Positions 53,667 to 62,989 of a DNA stretch of 64,000 nucleotides are shown piece after piece (the stretch's first letter is position 1; each line of letters begins with the position of its first letter). The DNA is taken from positions 32,001 through 96,000 of the IMG/VR virus record IMGVR_UViG_3300020442_000006. One strand, given 5' to 3'. The notes beneath the pieces were generated by a model. The model did not search any database. It was not told the DNA's origin and saw only the letters and a list, made by a program, of their open reading frames with translations. This DNA is from a virus. A program made the translations under genes and the position numbers.

Positions 53667-55586
53667 TTAGGGAGCAGCACCGCCTCCACCGCCTGCGCCA
53701 CCACCACCTGCAGCAGCTTGGTTATACTGATCAGGAGCGTAGTCAGGAGGTGAAACCTCGTTCTCGAATCCGTTCACTTGGAATGTTAAATCCGCACTTG
53801 AAGCATAAACCACAATGTGTGAGTTAGGTCCAACAACGATACCACTGTGTTTGTTAGCACCGTTTGCAGCAATAGCATAATCGTACATAATGTAGTCTGC
53901 AGTCTCAAGGTCAGCAGGTTGTGTAACTGAGTTGACCGTAGCAGATGTTCTATCAGCACCTTGTTCAGGTGGTGTATCTACAAATGTGTCTGAAGCAGCG
54001 AAAGCACTAGACCCAGGTCCAAGAGTAACTGAAAGAACTGGAGCAGTCCAATCTGAAACCCATCCATACTTACCACCAGTTACAGTACCAACAGTAATTG
54101 TTGAAGTACCAACCAAGAATGTATCACCAGTGATCCAAGTTCCTTTCACGTCATAGAGAAGAATCTCTGTGTATTGTGGATCTTGAACAACAGTCAAACT
54201 AGCAGAGTAAACTGTTTCACCTGCAGTTGAAGGTGCACCCTCAGCATAGTAGTACAGTGGGTTTGGTGACTGTGCAGTCGGAATAATATCAATGATTCCG
54301 TCTGTACCCGCAGTACCAGACTTCGTTACACCAGTTGTATATTCTGTACCTGCAACTGGAGTCGCTCCTGTACCCTCTTGTGTATCAGAGAATCTAAGAG
54401 GAAGTGAAGTGTTTGTTGAGTCTGACTGATCAAATCTGTATGTTCTTTCCACATCCATAGTGAATGAAGTAGGAACAATTTCTTGACCTGCAACAGTACC
54501 CCAAACAAATCCTGTTGTGTAGATAGCACTTGAAGTTGCAGTGAACTGAGTGTCTACAGTAGCGTTTGAGTTTGTACCTGTAAGAGTTTCAGCAGAATCA
54601 AACCAGTTGATCATTGCTTGAGAACCCTGTGACATAGGAGTTACAGTTGCACCATCAGCGTGGTTTGCATCTGTAGTACCCCACTGACCTCTAGTAACTG
54701 AGAGATCGTTACCAGTAACACCAGTAACAAGCATAATCTCGTTGCCAACACGAATGTATTGACCAGAGACAACCACAGTAGCATCAGAAACAGTCAGTGT
54801 AGTGTCCGCTGCTTGGAACTGTGCACCTTCGTTAATTGTTGTAGTCTGACCTGCATCCTGATAGAAGGAAACCATCTGTCCTGATCTGTGTGCAGCAGCA
54901 GATGTACCGAACTGTCCTCTTGTGACAGTTACGTTAGCACCACCAGTTGTTCCACTGTAGAAAGTAGGAGTGCCGACAAGGATGATCTCAGGAGTATATC
55001 CGTTAACTCCATCAGATAGCACAAAGTATGAAGCACCAACAGATGCTGTACCATCAGATACTTTCAGTGTGGTTGCACCTGAAGCGATGTCTGCAATCTC
55101 AATATTCATTGTGGTCCCGATACCACGGAATGATGCAGTTACACCTGAAGTACCACCAGTTACAGTTTCACCGCCCTGAAATGTTCCTGAGATAGCGTTC
55201 GAATCAATACCAATAGAAGTATATGTCTTAACCTTCACATAGTTTGTAATGACACTGGTATCAACAACCACGTCCAAAACGTTCGCTGACTTAGCAAAAT
55301 CTCCTGAGTTAATAGTCAAACCAGGGGTTGCATCAGACCTAGAAATCCCAGGTGCAATCTCAAGTTTGTATGTAGAAACTGGGTTTCCCCTATTAAACTT
55401 GTAACTACTGGCATCTAAAGTCAGTTTCTGTGTATAGTCTTTGAGACCAACACGATATGTTGCAGCAGAACCACCTCTCTCCGCTGCTAGAAGAATTGTC
55501 GATGCTGTAGTCGTGACGTTTGACGAATACAGCACAGTATTTGTTGTTGCTGCAGGGGCGGATGCAGCGAGTCTACCTGCCGTCAT
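53667..55586 (-). CDS. Virion structural protein (639 aa)
   Basis: Thr/Gly-rich; repeated VTRGQ(F/W)GT..AAH motif; YRFDQSDSTN...LYYY cupredoxin-like segment. Confidence 0.7.
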   Translation of the reverse strand: MTAGRLAASAPAATTNTVLYSSNVTTTASTILLAAERGGSAATYRVGLKDYTQKLTLDASSYKFNRGNPVSTYKLEIAPGISRSDATPGLTINSGDFAKSANVLDVVVDTSVITNYVKVKTYTSIGIDSNAISGTFQGGETVTGGTSGVTASFRGIGTTMNIEIADIASGATTLKVSDGTASVGASYFVLSDGVNGYTPEIILVGTPTFYSGTTGGANVTVTRGQFGTSAAAHRSGQMVSFYQDAGQTTTINEGAQFQAADTTLTVSDATVVVSGQYIRVGNEIMLVTGVTGNDLSVTRGQWGTTDANHADGATVTPMSQGSQAMINWFDSAETLTGTNSNATVDTQFTATSSAIYTTGFVWGTVAGQEIVPTSFTMDVERTYRFDQSDSTNTSLPLRFSDTQEGTGATPVAGTEYTTGVTKSGTAGTDGIIDIIPTAQSPNPLYYYAEGAPSTAGETVYSASLTVVQDPQYTEILLYDVKGTWITGDTFLVGTSTITVGTVTGGKYGWVSDWTAPVLSVTLGPGSSAFAASDTFVDTPPEQGADRTSATVNSVTQPADLETADYIMYDYAIAANGANKHSGIVVGPNSHIVVYASSADLTFQVNGFENEVSPPDYAPDQYNQAAAGGGGAGGGGGAAP

Positions 55587-55589
55587 TGT

Positions 55590-56915
55590 TTAGAAACCAG
55601 AGAAAAAGTGTTGTTGTAATCTTAGTCTACCACCGAGATCGGGAGCAGAAATTGAACCACCGAAACTAACACCAAGTGTTGTAACGTTTTCGGTTGAAAG
55701 CAACGTCGCATCAGCATTCGGGAATCTGATTGAACGTGTACCCTCTACATTATCTAGGAGGAAATTGATCTTGTTCTGATCGTTATCTGAACTGATTAGT
55801 TGGAAACCAACCGCAGATTTGTTCTCCATAACCTGCTGTGCTTTAGCAGTAAGAACAATGTTGTTCTCGGAGATAGGAACGTTTAAGTTGTTATGTGGGA
55901 ATGCATAACGTAAGAGTGTAGTTCCAGAGATCTCAGACAAATCGAACTGGATACGCTTGGTAACGTCAGTTCCGTCTGCAAATCTAGGATCAGCATACTC
56001 TTTGTTCTTAAGTACCTGTGTTGATTCAGTACCTGCAACTGTAAGTGACTGGTCAGGGAAAGTAACAATACGATCAGAAGTTACATCACCAGATTGGAAT
56101 GTAACCTTTGGTGTCGGGTTGTTAGGATCACCAGACTCAATATTACTAATTGAGGGGTTGATAAAGTTTTTATTACTGACGTTTTGTTCACTAATAGTGT
56201 CAAGTAGTGTTGACTGTGCAACACCTGAACCATAATCAGGTAGTCTGTAAATATGAGTTCCTGGGGATTCCCAAGAGTCACACTCAAAGAGTGCAACCTT
56301 AGCAGTGTCAGATGAACCAGTAACTCTTAAGTCACCGTCCTTGATGATAATGGTTTTGTTACTGATCGTTTGAGCAGTATCATTACCAAGAAGAGTTGTT
56401 GATGTAAAGTTACCTGTGCTAGGAAGTGCGAAAGTACGAATACCTGCACCAGTAGAAACACCAGAGATCTCGAACTTTGCTTTCTTATCTGGGTTCTGGT
56501 CATCTGCAATGAGCAGGTTGACATCTTGGAACTCAGCAGGTCCGTTCACCAAGAATCTACCAGATCCCTGTGGACGCATATCGATGTTTACGTTGGCACT
56601 CGTTGTATCCCCCGCAATCATCCTGATCGTAGCAGAACCGTCAGCGTTAGGTTGCTTCCTGTAGTACATACTAGATGTACCAAAAGCAATACCTATCTCA
56701 TTATATGCATTCTGGTATAGTCCTGTGTCCCTGTCCAAATCGAACGCTAGTCCAGGTTGGGACTGACTTCCTGCTGATACACCTTTGAAAAGTTGATTGA
56801 TTTTCGCTTTTCTATTTGGAATCAGCGGGTCAGAAATCACAACGGGGAGGATCGCCTCTCCCGTCAAGACAGCATCTGCCAGAGTCTCTAATTGTGAAAT
56901 TCTTTTTGTTCCCAC
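55590..56915 (-). CDS. Virion structural/fibre protein with about five internal repeats (441 aa)
   Basis: KRISQL N-terminus, PGLAFDLDRDTGLY, and repeats D..K..F.....T..R...LP/FP......LL. Confidence 0.7.
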   Translation of the reverse strand: MGTKRISQLETLADAVLTGEAILPVVISDPLIPNRKAKINQLFKGVSAGSQSQPGLAFDLDRDTGLYQNAYNEIGIAFGTSSMYYRKQPNADGSATIRMIAGDTTSANVNIDMRPQGSGRFLVNGPAEFQDVNLLIADDQNPDKKAKFEISGVSTGAGIRTFALPSTGNFTSTTLLGNDTAQTISNKTIIIKDGDLRVTGSSDTAKVALFECDSWESPGTHIYRLPDYGSGVAQSTLLDTISEQNVSNKNFINPSISNIESGDPNNPTPKVTFQSGDVTSDRIVTFPDQSLTVAGTESTQVLKNKEYADPRFADGTDVTKRIQFDLSEISGTTLLRYAFPHNNLNVPISENNIVLTAKAQQVMENKSAVGFQLISSDNDQNKINFLLDNVEGTRSIRFPNADATLLSTENVTTLGVSFGGSISAPDLGGRLRLQQHFFSGF

Positions 56916-56943
56916 TTAACTCAGGCGCTATTTTATACAATCT

Positions 56944-56951
56944 TATTTATA
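56944..56951 (-). promoter_or_regulatory. T4-type late promoter
   Basis: Perfect TATAAATA overlapping the glutaredoxin stop. Shorter TAAATA cores precede other late genes at 18747, 50042, 53648, 57208 and 62677. Confidence 0.8.
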
Positions 56952-57186
56952 CACGTTGGAGATAGAGGTCTTGAAGCGTCTCTTTTAGACTACCAATATG
57001 CTTGGATCCAATAGAGATCTGTGGATATGTTGCATCCTCTCCAAATTCTTGCTCAAATGCTCTCTGTGTAAAATGTTGATTTAATTTATATGTTGTAAAC
57101 TCGAAATCTTGAGAATTGAGGAACTGTTCTGCTCTCTCACTCTCTTGTGAACCATTGCTATACAAAACTGCTTTTGGATGGATCAT
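56947..57186 (-). CDS. Glutaredoxin-like protein lacking CxxC
   Basis: LYSNGSQESERA at the active-site position; TYPQISIGSKHIGS cis-Pro motif. Confidence 0.75.
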   Translation of the reverse strand: MIHPKAVLYSNGSQESERAEQFLNSQDFEFTTYKLNQHFTQRAFEQEFGEDATYPQISIGSKHIGSLKETLQDLYLQRV

Positions 57187-57210
57187 TTCTCGTCCTTTTG
57201 GTACTACTAT

Positions 57211-57456
57211 TTACCCATACAAAGACTTCATAATAAACTCTTTTGATAACACTGGGTTGCCGAACAATTCTAACTGTAACTTATCTGCGTCTACGAATCT
57301 GTCTTCTTCATCTTTTCGACAATGCTGCCAGTAATATGTGCTATCTTCTCGTCGATATAGGTAAGAAGTGTTGTGTGAATCGAGGGTGAATAGGGCGACA
57401 CATTCTTGCTTGTGTTGCCAACAAGGATCGATTGCTCTCTTTTCATATTCGGTCAC
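57211..57456 (-). CDS. Hypothetical protein (81 aa)
   Basis: ORF track; ATGA-type coupling. Confidence 0.7.
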   Translation of the reverse strand: MTEYEKRAIDPCWQHKQECVALFTLDSHNTSYLYRREDSTYYWQHCRKDEEDRFVDADKLQLELFGNPVLSKEFIMKSLYG

Positions 57457-57683
57457 TGAGGTTTGTGGTCTTTGAATTTGTCGTGGTTACCGTCACCAGG
57501 CATTTTACCAAAGGCAACGTATTCGATTGCTTGAAGAGATCCTTGCAATCTGTCTAGATCTTTCTCGATCTTGACGTACTCTTCGTACCATCCTTGCAAC
57601 TCATCTTTTCTATCAGAGAGTTGTTTTGTACGTTTATTAAAACGTGCAATGAGTTGTTCGTAATTTTCAGTTGGTTTAGTCAC
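57453..57683 (-). CDS. Coiled-coil hypothetical protein (probable GTG start MTKPTENYEQL)
   Basis: The longer track start overlaps the upstream gene by 100 bp; GTG overlaps the upstream stop. Confidence 0.65.
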   Translation of the reverse strand: MTKPTENYEQLIARFNKRTKQLSDRKDELQGWYEEYVKIEKDLDRLQGSLQAIEYVAFGKMPGDGNHDKFKDHKPQ

Positions 57684-57987
57684 GTTGTCTCCAATCGTCT
57701 GGTTTGTCACGGGTGAACCAATCATTGATGTCATCCGCAGATCCGAACCCTGTTCTATGATCGGATGGGTCGGGTTCACCTAATCCCATCCTATTCAGAA
57801 AATCATCTGTACTTCCTTCCTCAATACCCTTGGATGCTCTCCTTGCTTGACGCAACCACTCACGAGCAGTTGTATATCTCTTTGCGAGTTTCTCTGCCCA
57901 GATCATATCGTCTAGTGAAACGTCCTGACCTTTAGAAATTTTCGAACAAATCCCTTCCAATCGAAGGCGATAGGCGGTTGAGAGCAT
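57676..57987 (-). CDS. Cyanophage-type hypothetical protein (103 aa)
   Basis: MLSTAYRLRLEGIC...DDMIWAEKLAK...DDFLNRMGLGEPDPS. Confidence 0.8.
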   Translation of the reverse strand: MLSTAYRLRLEGICSKISKGQDVSLDDMIWAEKLAKRYTTAREWLRQARRASKGIEEGSTDDFLNRMGLGEPDPSDHRTGFGSADDINDWFTRDKPDDWRQRD

Positions 57988-58005
57988 AGTCTACGAGTGT
58001 TTTGG

Positions 58006-58206
58006 TTATTTAGAACTAAGTATTTCCTTCAGTGCATCAATCTTTGTGAATTCAGCATATGCTGACTCTGATCGATCTGAGAGGATACCAAGAATGTCTG
58101 ACAAGATGTCATCGTTATCAACGTTATCGTCAATATAGGAGTTCAACGCTTCTTGTAGATAGCGTCTCCTATTCCATTCTGGTGAGTAAGGTTTGTAATG
58201 TGTCAT
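58006..58206 (-). CDS. Hypothetical protein (66 aa)
   Basis: YKPYSPEWNRRRYLQEAL. Confidence 0.75.
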   Translation of the reverse strand: MTHYKPYSPEWNRRRYLQEALNSYIDDNVDNDDILSDILGILSDRSESAYAEFTKIDALKEILSSK

Positions 58207-58222
58207 AATTAAAATTTATGAG

Positions 58223-58295
58223 AGCCATTTATCGGATTTGAACCGATGACCTCCGCTTTACAAAAGCGATGCACTATCCGCTGTGCTAAAATGGC
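58223..58295 (-). tRNA. trnT: tRNA-Thr(UGU), CCA not encoded
   Basis: GCCATTT/AAATGGC acceptor stem, GCAC/GTGC D stem, TCGCT-TTTGTAA-AGCGG anticodon arm, ATCGG-TTCAAAT-CCGAT T arm. Confidence 0.95.
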
Positions 58296-58543
58296 AATTC
58301 CTCTTCGCATTTTACCACATCTGTCATCTCAAAGACAATAGGGTGGCAAGATTCCATAATGAGGTATTGAGAATGCCTGTAAAGATCTTCCATAGTATAG
58401 CACATCTTTTCAGAACACGCATCAATCAACTCGATTGATGGTTGATCAACTTCATCAAATGTAAAAGGAATACCATTGATGTACCACATCTTAACGATAC
58501 CCTGTCCCTCGATGAGTCTGTAGTCTGAATTTACCGTGTACAT
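58286..58543 (-). CDS. Hypothetical protein (probable start MYTVNS)
   Basis: MWYINGIPFTFDE motif; stop codon overlaps the tRNA 5' end. Confidence 0.7.
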   Translation of the reverse strand: MYTVNSDYRLIEGQGIVKMWYINGIPFTFDEVDQPSIELIDACSEKMCYTMEDLYRHSQYLIMESCHPIVFEMTDVVKCEEELPF

Positions 58544-58965
58544 TTTACGAACTGAAAAGGTCCTTTTTCTGATCCCCATAGAAGGGTTCCTGATTTGTCC
58601 CATCCTTTATCGGATGTTTCCCACGAGTCTTTAGTAAGTCGTGCTGTTGTTTCAACTCTCCTACCTAGTTCGTCAACCCTTTCAGATTTACCAACCCAAA
58701 CACAATCTTTGACTTCTGTAAACGTCATATCACTGACGTTGATTCCATCTTTGAAAGTTTGTAGGATGATTTGATCATTATCTATAACAATTTTATGATC
58801 TCTCTGGCGATATACATCACCGTTCCAGTCATACCATTGTTTAGTCTTCAATACATCGTCTTCATAGTACCACTCGTAATGAACATAAGCGAATGACGTT
58901 GGATTTAGTTGACATTGCTTGATGTTATGCCAGTGGTGGACTAAGTGATCAAGAAATTTCTTCAT
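58531..58965 (-). CDS. cpeT: CpeT/CpcT-like bilin lyase homolog, copy B
   Basis: WHNIKQCQLNPTSFAYV, YRQR, SDKGWDKSGTLLWGSEKGPFQF. Confidence 0.7.
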   Translation of the reverse strand: MKKFLDHLVHHWHNIKQCQLNPTSFAYVHYEWYYEDDVLKTKQWYDWNGDVYRQRDHKIVIDNDQIILQTFKDGINVSDMTFTEVKDCVWVGKSERVDELGRRVETTARLTKDSWETSDKGWDKSGTLLWGSEKGPFQFVKCTR

Positions 58966-58969
58966 AGAT

Positions 58970-59401
58970 CTAATCTATATATTTCCTTTCGAATATGAAT
59001 GGTCCAGGGGTTTTACCCCAAGTTCTACCTTCGTCAATACTGGTGAATTTATCAGCAGTAATAGTAACATAAGAGTAACAATCATCACCCTTGCTGTTCT
59101 TAGCACCTTCTTCAGTTCTACCAGTAAAACCATCTTCAGACTTCTGAAAGATCATACTAGGTTCTTTTGTACCATCCTTGCGAAAGGTTTGTAACTCAAG
59201 GTGATTACCTTTGTCCAAGAGTTTGTGATCTCGCTCTCGGTACATCTCTCCACTCCAGTCATACCACTGAGCAGAATGAATCTCCCCCTCAGGTTCTTCC
59301 CAGAACTGATAGTGAACGTGGGAGAAATGAGAAGGAGAGTTTTGTGCCTGACGAAAGTTCGTCCAAGGATGAAATAGTAGTTTCTTAAACTCTTCGATCA
59401 C
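58970..59401 (-). CDS. cpeT: CpeT/CpcT-like bilin lyase homolog, copy A
   Basis: WTNFRQAQNSPSHFSHV, YRER, SIDEGRTWGKTPGPFIFER. Confidence 0.7.
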   Translation of the reverse strand: MIEEFKKLLFHPWTNFRQAQNSPSHFSHVHYQFWEEPEGEIHSAQWYDWSGEMYRERDHKLLDKGNHLELQTFRKDGTKEPSMIFQKSEDGFTGRTEEGAKNSKGDDCYSYVTITADKFTSIDEGRTWGKTPGPFIFERKYID

Positions 59402-59658
59402 AGCATTTTGTGAGCAGCAGCAGTCTCCGCAGCGACGTGTGCACCAAGTGCTGCCTCGCTAGGAAGGTTATCCAAATTAGGTAGTGCGTCATTCTGAAGA
59501 AGTTCAGTGACATCAGCACCAATATTGCGTCCTGGGGCAACTTGTGTCATCACAACATTACCTTTAGGTGCTTCGATGAGAATATTCTCACCGCGCTCAA
59601 CAAGTTTAAGTAGAAAATCGAAGTTCTCTTGTGCTTCGTCGATAGTAACTCTAATCAT
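59398..59658 (-). CDS. Phd/YefM antitoxin-like protein
   Basis: VTIDEAQENFDFLLKLVERGENILI...VVM matches the Phd N-terminal fold pattern. Confidence 0.65.
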   Translation of the reverse strand: MIRVTIDEAQENFDFLLKLVERGENILIEAPKGNVVMTQVAPGRNIGADVTELLQNDALPNLDNLPSEAALGAHVAAETAAAHKML

Positions 59659-59663
59659 AGTTC

Positions 59664-59810
59664 TTAATGGTCGTGGTCATCAAATGGATCCTCAAGTCCC
59701 TCGTTAGCGAAGAACCCTTTGTAAACACCATAGATCACAAACAAGATCACGATAACCATAATGGAAATCGGGAATGTGATGTTGGGGTCTGCGTTGTAGT
59801 GGTGAATCAT
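59664..59810 (-). CDS. psbN: PsbN-like protein (48 aa)
   Basis: Hand translation MIHHYNADPNITFPISIWVIVILFVIYGVYKGFFANEGLEDPFDDHDH: one TM helix, YGVYKGF, L.DPF..H. Confidence 0.8.
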   Translation of the reverse strand: MIHHYNADPNITFPISIMVIVILFVIYGVYKGFFANEGLEDPFDDHDH

Positions 59811-60010
59811 AGCAAATAATGAATAGACTCGGTGTCAACCGCTCCTTGAACATTGGTCACGGATTGTTGGAATCCTTCTGCTCCTTCTTCGGTGAATGTA
59901 AACCGAATCTTTTCAATGTTTCCATCACTAACTTGTATGGACAGGGTGCGTTTCGGAAAATCGATCCAAACATAATCAACGTACAGGTGGTCTAGGTACT
60001 CGTCGGTCAT
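59807..60010 (-). CDS. Hypothetical protein (67 aa)
   Basis: ORF track; coupled at both ends. Confidence 0.7.
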   Translation of the reverse strand: MTDEYLDHLYVDYVWIDFPKRTLSIQVSDGNIEKIRFTFTEEGAEGFQQSVTNVQGAVDTESIHYLL

Positions 60011-60162
60011 TTGTATGTAGGGTAACAGTCAATCACTTGCAGACCATACATTGATGCTGCAGTTTGACGTGCTTCTTGTGCTGAGAAGACCTCATCAATG
60101 ATAACACGTTTGATAGGACCGTTGGGGCGACGAAGCAAAACTTCGTACTTCCTTGCAGGCAT
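60007..60162 (-). CDS. Small hypothetical protein (51 aa)
   Basis: Hand translation MPARKYEVLLRRPNGPIKRVIIDEVFSAQEARQTAASMYGLQVIDCYPTYK. Confidence 0.65.
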   Translation of the reverse strand: MPARKYEVLLRRPNGPIKRVIIDEVFSAQEARQTAASMYGLQVIDCYPTYK

Positions 60163-60192
60163 TGAAATCTTGTAACTGAATTTAGTATAGCA

Positions 60193-62655
60193 CTAATTCA
60201 GCATAATGGGTAGTCCTACGAACTGTGCTAGACCACCTGTGCAACCTGCTGTGAATACACCTGTTCCGACTGTATATGTAGCAACACCATTGGTGACAGT
60301 GTTTAGAATACCACCACCTGCTCCAGTAACGAATTCTCCGATACCACCTTTAGGAGTCTTAACAAGAGTCAAGTGACCACCTGCTGTACCAGAAACTAGA
60401 TCCACCATACCCCCAGGTTGTCCTGTACACTCAGCAATACGAACGTGTGCAGCAGGGAGAGCAGATGTACCACCACCTGATCCACAGATAGTAAGGTCAA
60501 GACCTTTGATCATTGTGCATCTACCTGTCAACCCAGGCATAGGGTTAAGTGCTCCGATATTCTGGAAGATAACGTTGTTAATAAATTCTGATTTCCACGC
60601 TGCCTCATTAATAATCTCACCAGAGACAGTGTTCATCAACGTTGCACACTTATGATTGATAGCAGATGCGTTGAGACTGATTTCATTGTGAGCATTCAAC
60701 TTAATGTTTGCTGCTTGAATCATATAGTCACCCTCATAAGCAACGTTATAGTCTGATGAGAATGTCTGTGCAGTTTTAGACTGCTTTGCACCTGATACAG
60801 GTTCACCATCGTCACCTGTCTCAACATTCTGTGAGAGGTGTGTATTCATTGCACCACCAACTTCAAGGTTGAGATCACCCATAACCTTCAGAGTGAAGTC
60901 ACCTTCAACAGTCAGTGTTTTATTCTTCTTGATAGTCTTACATTCATCTCTACCAATGATCTTTGTATCATTTCCAGGGACGTTTGTATGCTGATCACCA
61001 AGTGCAGTAGCGATTACAGTTTGACCACCTGCGTGCTGTACAATAGTTTTCTCTTTTCCTGGGGTGTTATCTTGAATAGTCTTTGCACCATTCAAGAATG
61101 TCTCTGCCTTAACAGCATAAACATCAATATCTTTCATCAAAGACTTGAAGTATTCTCCCTTTGATTTTGGTTTAGATCCACCTACACTACCCCCATCATA
61201 CAGAGTTACCTCCTGCATTAAGAATTCTGGTGCTGTTTCACAAGTTGATGTACCCAACAAGGGTAACCAGAATTTTTGTTTCGGTTGTTTTATCGATCGT
61301 CCACAATCTTTGTTGCCAAAGAGTGCTGCGATGATTCCCATAATAATAGAAACGACTGAAGCAAAGTCAAGTTTTGAGAAGTCAAACTCAAATAGAGTGT
61401 TCAATGAACCTTGAACTTTACGTGCAACACCTGCTGCTTTTTGAGCAACACCGATTGCTGATGTAATTGTATTAGCAACACTAGAAACTTTGCTGATACC
61501 GTTCTGAATCTTACCAAGAACACCGTTTACTGTATCAGTAACTTTTTCAGCGAAACCACCAACCACTTTGTCAACAACTTTCCCTGCAATATCATCGGCG
61601 AATCCCGATATATCACCCATCGCAGATTTAAGTTGTCCAAGAATAAATTTACCTTCGAAACTACAGAACAAATTGGTGATGAAATCAGCAAGTTTCGTAA
61701 TGGAACTAATAACACCTGTAGGGACGACGTTACTAATTGCACCAAGAATCGAACTCATCAGCGATTCGATCTGTTTCGCGAGCATTTGTTTTAGAGAACT
61801 CATAATGCCGCTCATAGCAGAAGAAACATAGTTCTTGATACCTGCCAGAGATTCATTCACGACATCGTTGAAAACCTTCTTACCAGTAATGAGTGAAGTT
61901 AGGTTACCATTTAGGTCTCTGCCTAAAGTTCCACTAAGTTGTCCAAACTCCGTCAACATTCTGTTAAGGTCTTTCTCAAAACCTTCTCCACTGGGACCGA
62001 CCACTCCATTTCCGATGCCTTGAACATCTGGAGGAACACCAGTAGGGTTCGTGTACACGTTTCCATTCGATTCCTGCTCAAGAATCGATAGAACACCATT
62101 GGATTTCTCTTCACCACCATTCTCATCCCCAGGTGTAACGCTTCCATCTACAACGAAACTGTTACCCTGATTGACAACCTGCCCTTTAATATCCTTGGCA
62201 GTTTCGGGCATCTCTTCTTCGGTGAGTGCCTCTGTGTTGTCAGCGATAGTGGTTGCCGAGACACCCTCGTCGCTTGTGGCAGAATCGTCACCTTGTTTAG
62301 GATCAGACATACCACGGAATCCACGAATAGATCCCATCACAACGGGGAGTTGTGCTTCTTCCCCGTCAAGGAAAAAACCTAATACCTGTGCACCAACTTG
62401 CAGTTCAGTCTTTGTACCAGTATTCTTGATACCTGCCTGATCAGTAGGCAGCATAACGACTGCCCAAGGAAGATCCTCTGTAGGAATTTGATCAAGATAT
62501 GACTGACCACCAGTACCTGTGTACCATCCAACAATCCTCACCTTGACTCTGCCAAGCATTTGAGGATCCTTGATCGATTCGACTTCACCTAACCACCAGG
62601 TGAACCCGTCACGACCCATTACGTCAGATTTTCCAATAGGTGCTACTGTTGCCAC
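60193..62655 (-). CDS. gp5: Baseplate hub/central spike gp5
   Basis: GRDGFTWWLGEVE...DPQMLGRVKVRIVGW, DLPWA, GFFLDG...QLPVVMG (gp5 OB fold); beta-helix repeats LTVEGDFTLKVMGDLNLEVGG. Confidence 0.9.
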   Translation of the reverse strand: MATVAPIGKSDVMGRDGFTWWLGEVESIKDPQMLGRVKVRIVGWYTGTGGQSYLDQIPTEDLPWAVVMLPTDQAGIKNTGTKTELQVGAQVLGFFLDGEEAQLPVVMGSIRGFRGMSDPKQGDDSATSDEGVSATTIADNTEALTEEEMPETAKDIKGQVVNQGNSFVVDGSVTPGDENGGEEKSNGVLSILEQESNGNVYTNPTGVPPDVQGIGNGVVGPSGEGFEKDLNRMLTEFGQLSGTLGRDLNGNLTSLITGKKVFNDVVNESLAGIKNYVSSAMSGIMSSLKQMLAKQIESLMSSILGAISNVVPTGVISSITKLADFITNLFCSFEGKFILGQLKSAMGDISGFADDIAGKVVDKVVGGFAEKVTDTVNGVLGKIQNGISKVSSVANTITSAIGVAQKAAGVARKVQGSLNTLFEFDFSKLDFASVVSIIMGIIAALFGNKDCGRSIKQPKQKFWLPLLGTSTCETAPEFLMQEVTLYDGGSVGGSKPKSKGEYFKSLMKDIDVYAVKAETFLNGAKTIQDNTPGKEKTIVQHAGGQTVIATALGDQHTNVPGNDTKIIGRDECKTIKKNKTLTVEGDFTLKVMGDLNLEVGGAMNTHLSQNVETGDDGEPVSGAKQSKTAQTFSSDYNVAYEGDYMIQAANIKLNAHNEISLNASAINHKCATLMNTVSGEIINEAAWKSEFINNVIFQNIGALNPMPGLTGRCTMIKGLDLTICGSGGGTSALPAAHVRIAECTGQPGGMVDLVSGTAGGHLTLVKTPKGGIGEFVTGAGGGILNTVTNGVATYTVGTGVFTAGCTGGLAQFVGLPIMLN

Positions 62656-62675
62656 GATTTAATATAGGTTTTTTA

Positions 62676-62834
62676 TTATTTAGCAAGTGACTCAACATAA
62701 TTGTTGAAACTGTCTGCCATACGGTGATAACCGCTGCCAATGTAGACCTGTCCTGCTACAACAGCAACAGAACAAAGTCCCCAAAAGATGTAATAAGGTG
62801 ATGATTTCACTTGATGCCAACGTTTCTTTTTCAT
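62676..62834 (-). CDS. Small membrane protein (52 aa)
   Basis: Hand translation MKKKRWHQVKSSPYYIFWGLCSVAVVAGQVYIGSGYHRMADSFNNYVESLAK. Confidence 0.7.
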   Translation of the reverse strand: MKKKRWHQVKSSPYYIFWGLCSVAVVAGQVYIGSGYHRMADSFNNYVESLAK

Positions 62835-62989
62835 TGTCTAGGATAATAAACTTCAACAAAAGAATTGCACTTAGGGCAACTCAAATTTGTGACCATAGAA
62901 TATTCTGAGGAGGTGACTGGATAGTCTTCTTCGTCAAGACTATGGTCTCCTCCCCAGATCAATTCAGTTTGGCAATGCCAACATTTCAT
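62831..62989 (-). CDS. Small Zn-ribbon-like protein (52 aa)
   Basis: MKCWHCQTELIWGGD...LSCPKCNSFVEVYYP; two CxxC pairs; ATGA coupling. Confidence 0.75.
   Translation of the reverse strand: MKCWHCQTELIWGGDHSLDEEDYPVTSSEYSMVTNLSCPKCNSFVEVYYPRQ

Noticed and set aside
60172-60200. CTGAATTAG...CTAAATTCAG inverted repeat after gp5 as a terminator
   Set aside because: AT-rich bulged stem with no T-run; it also contains TGCTATACT, so an extended -10 promoter is as likely.
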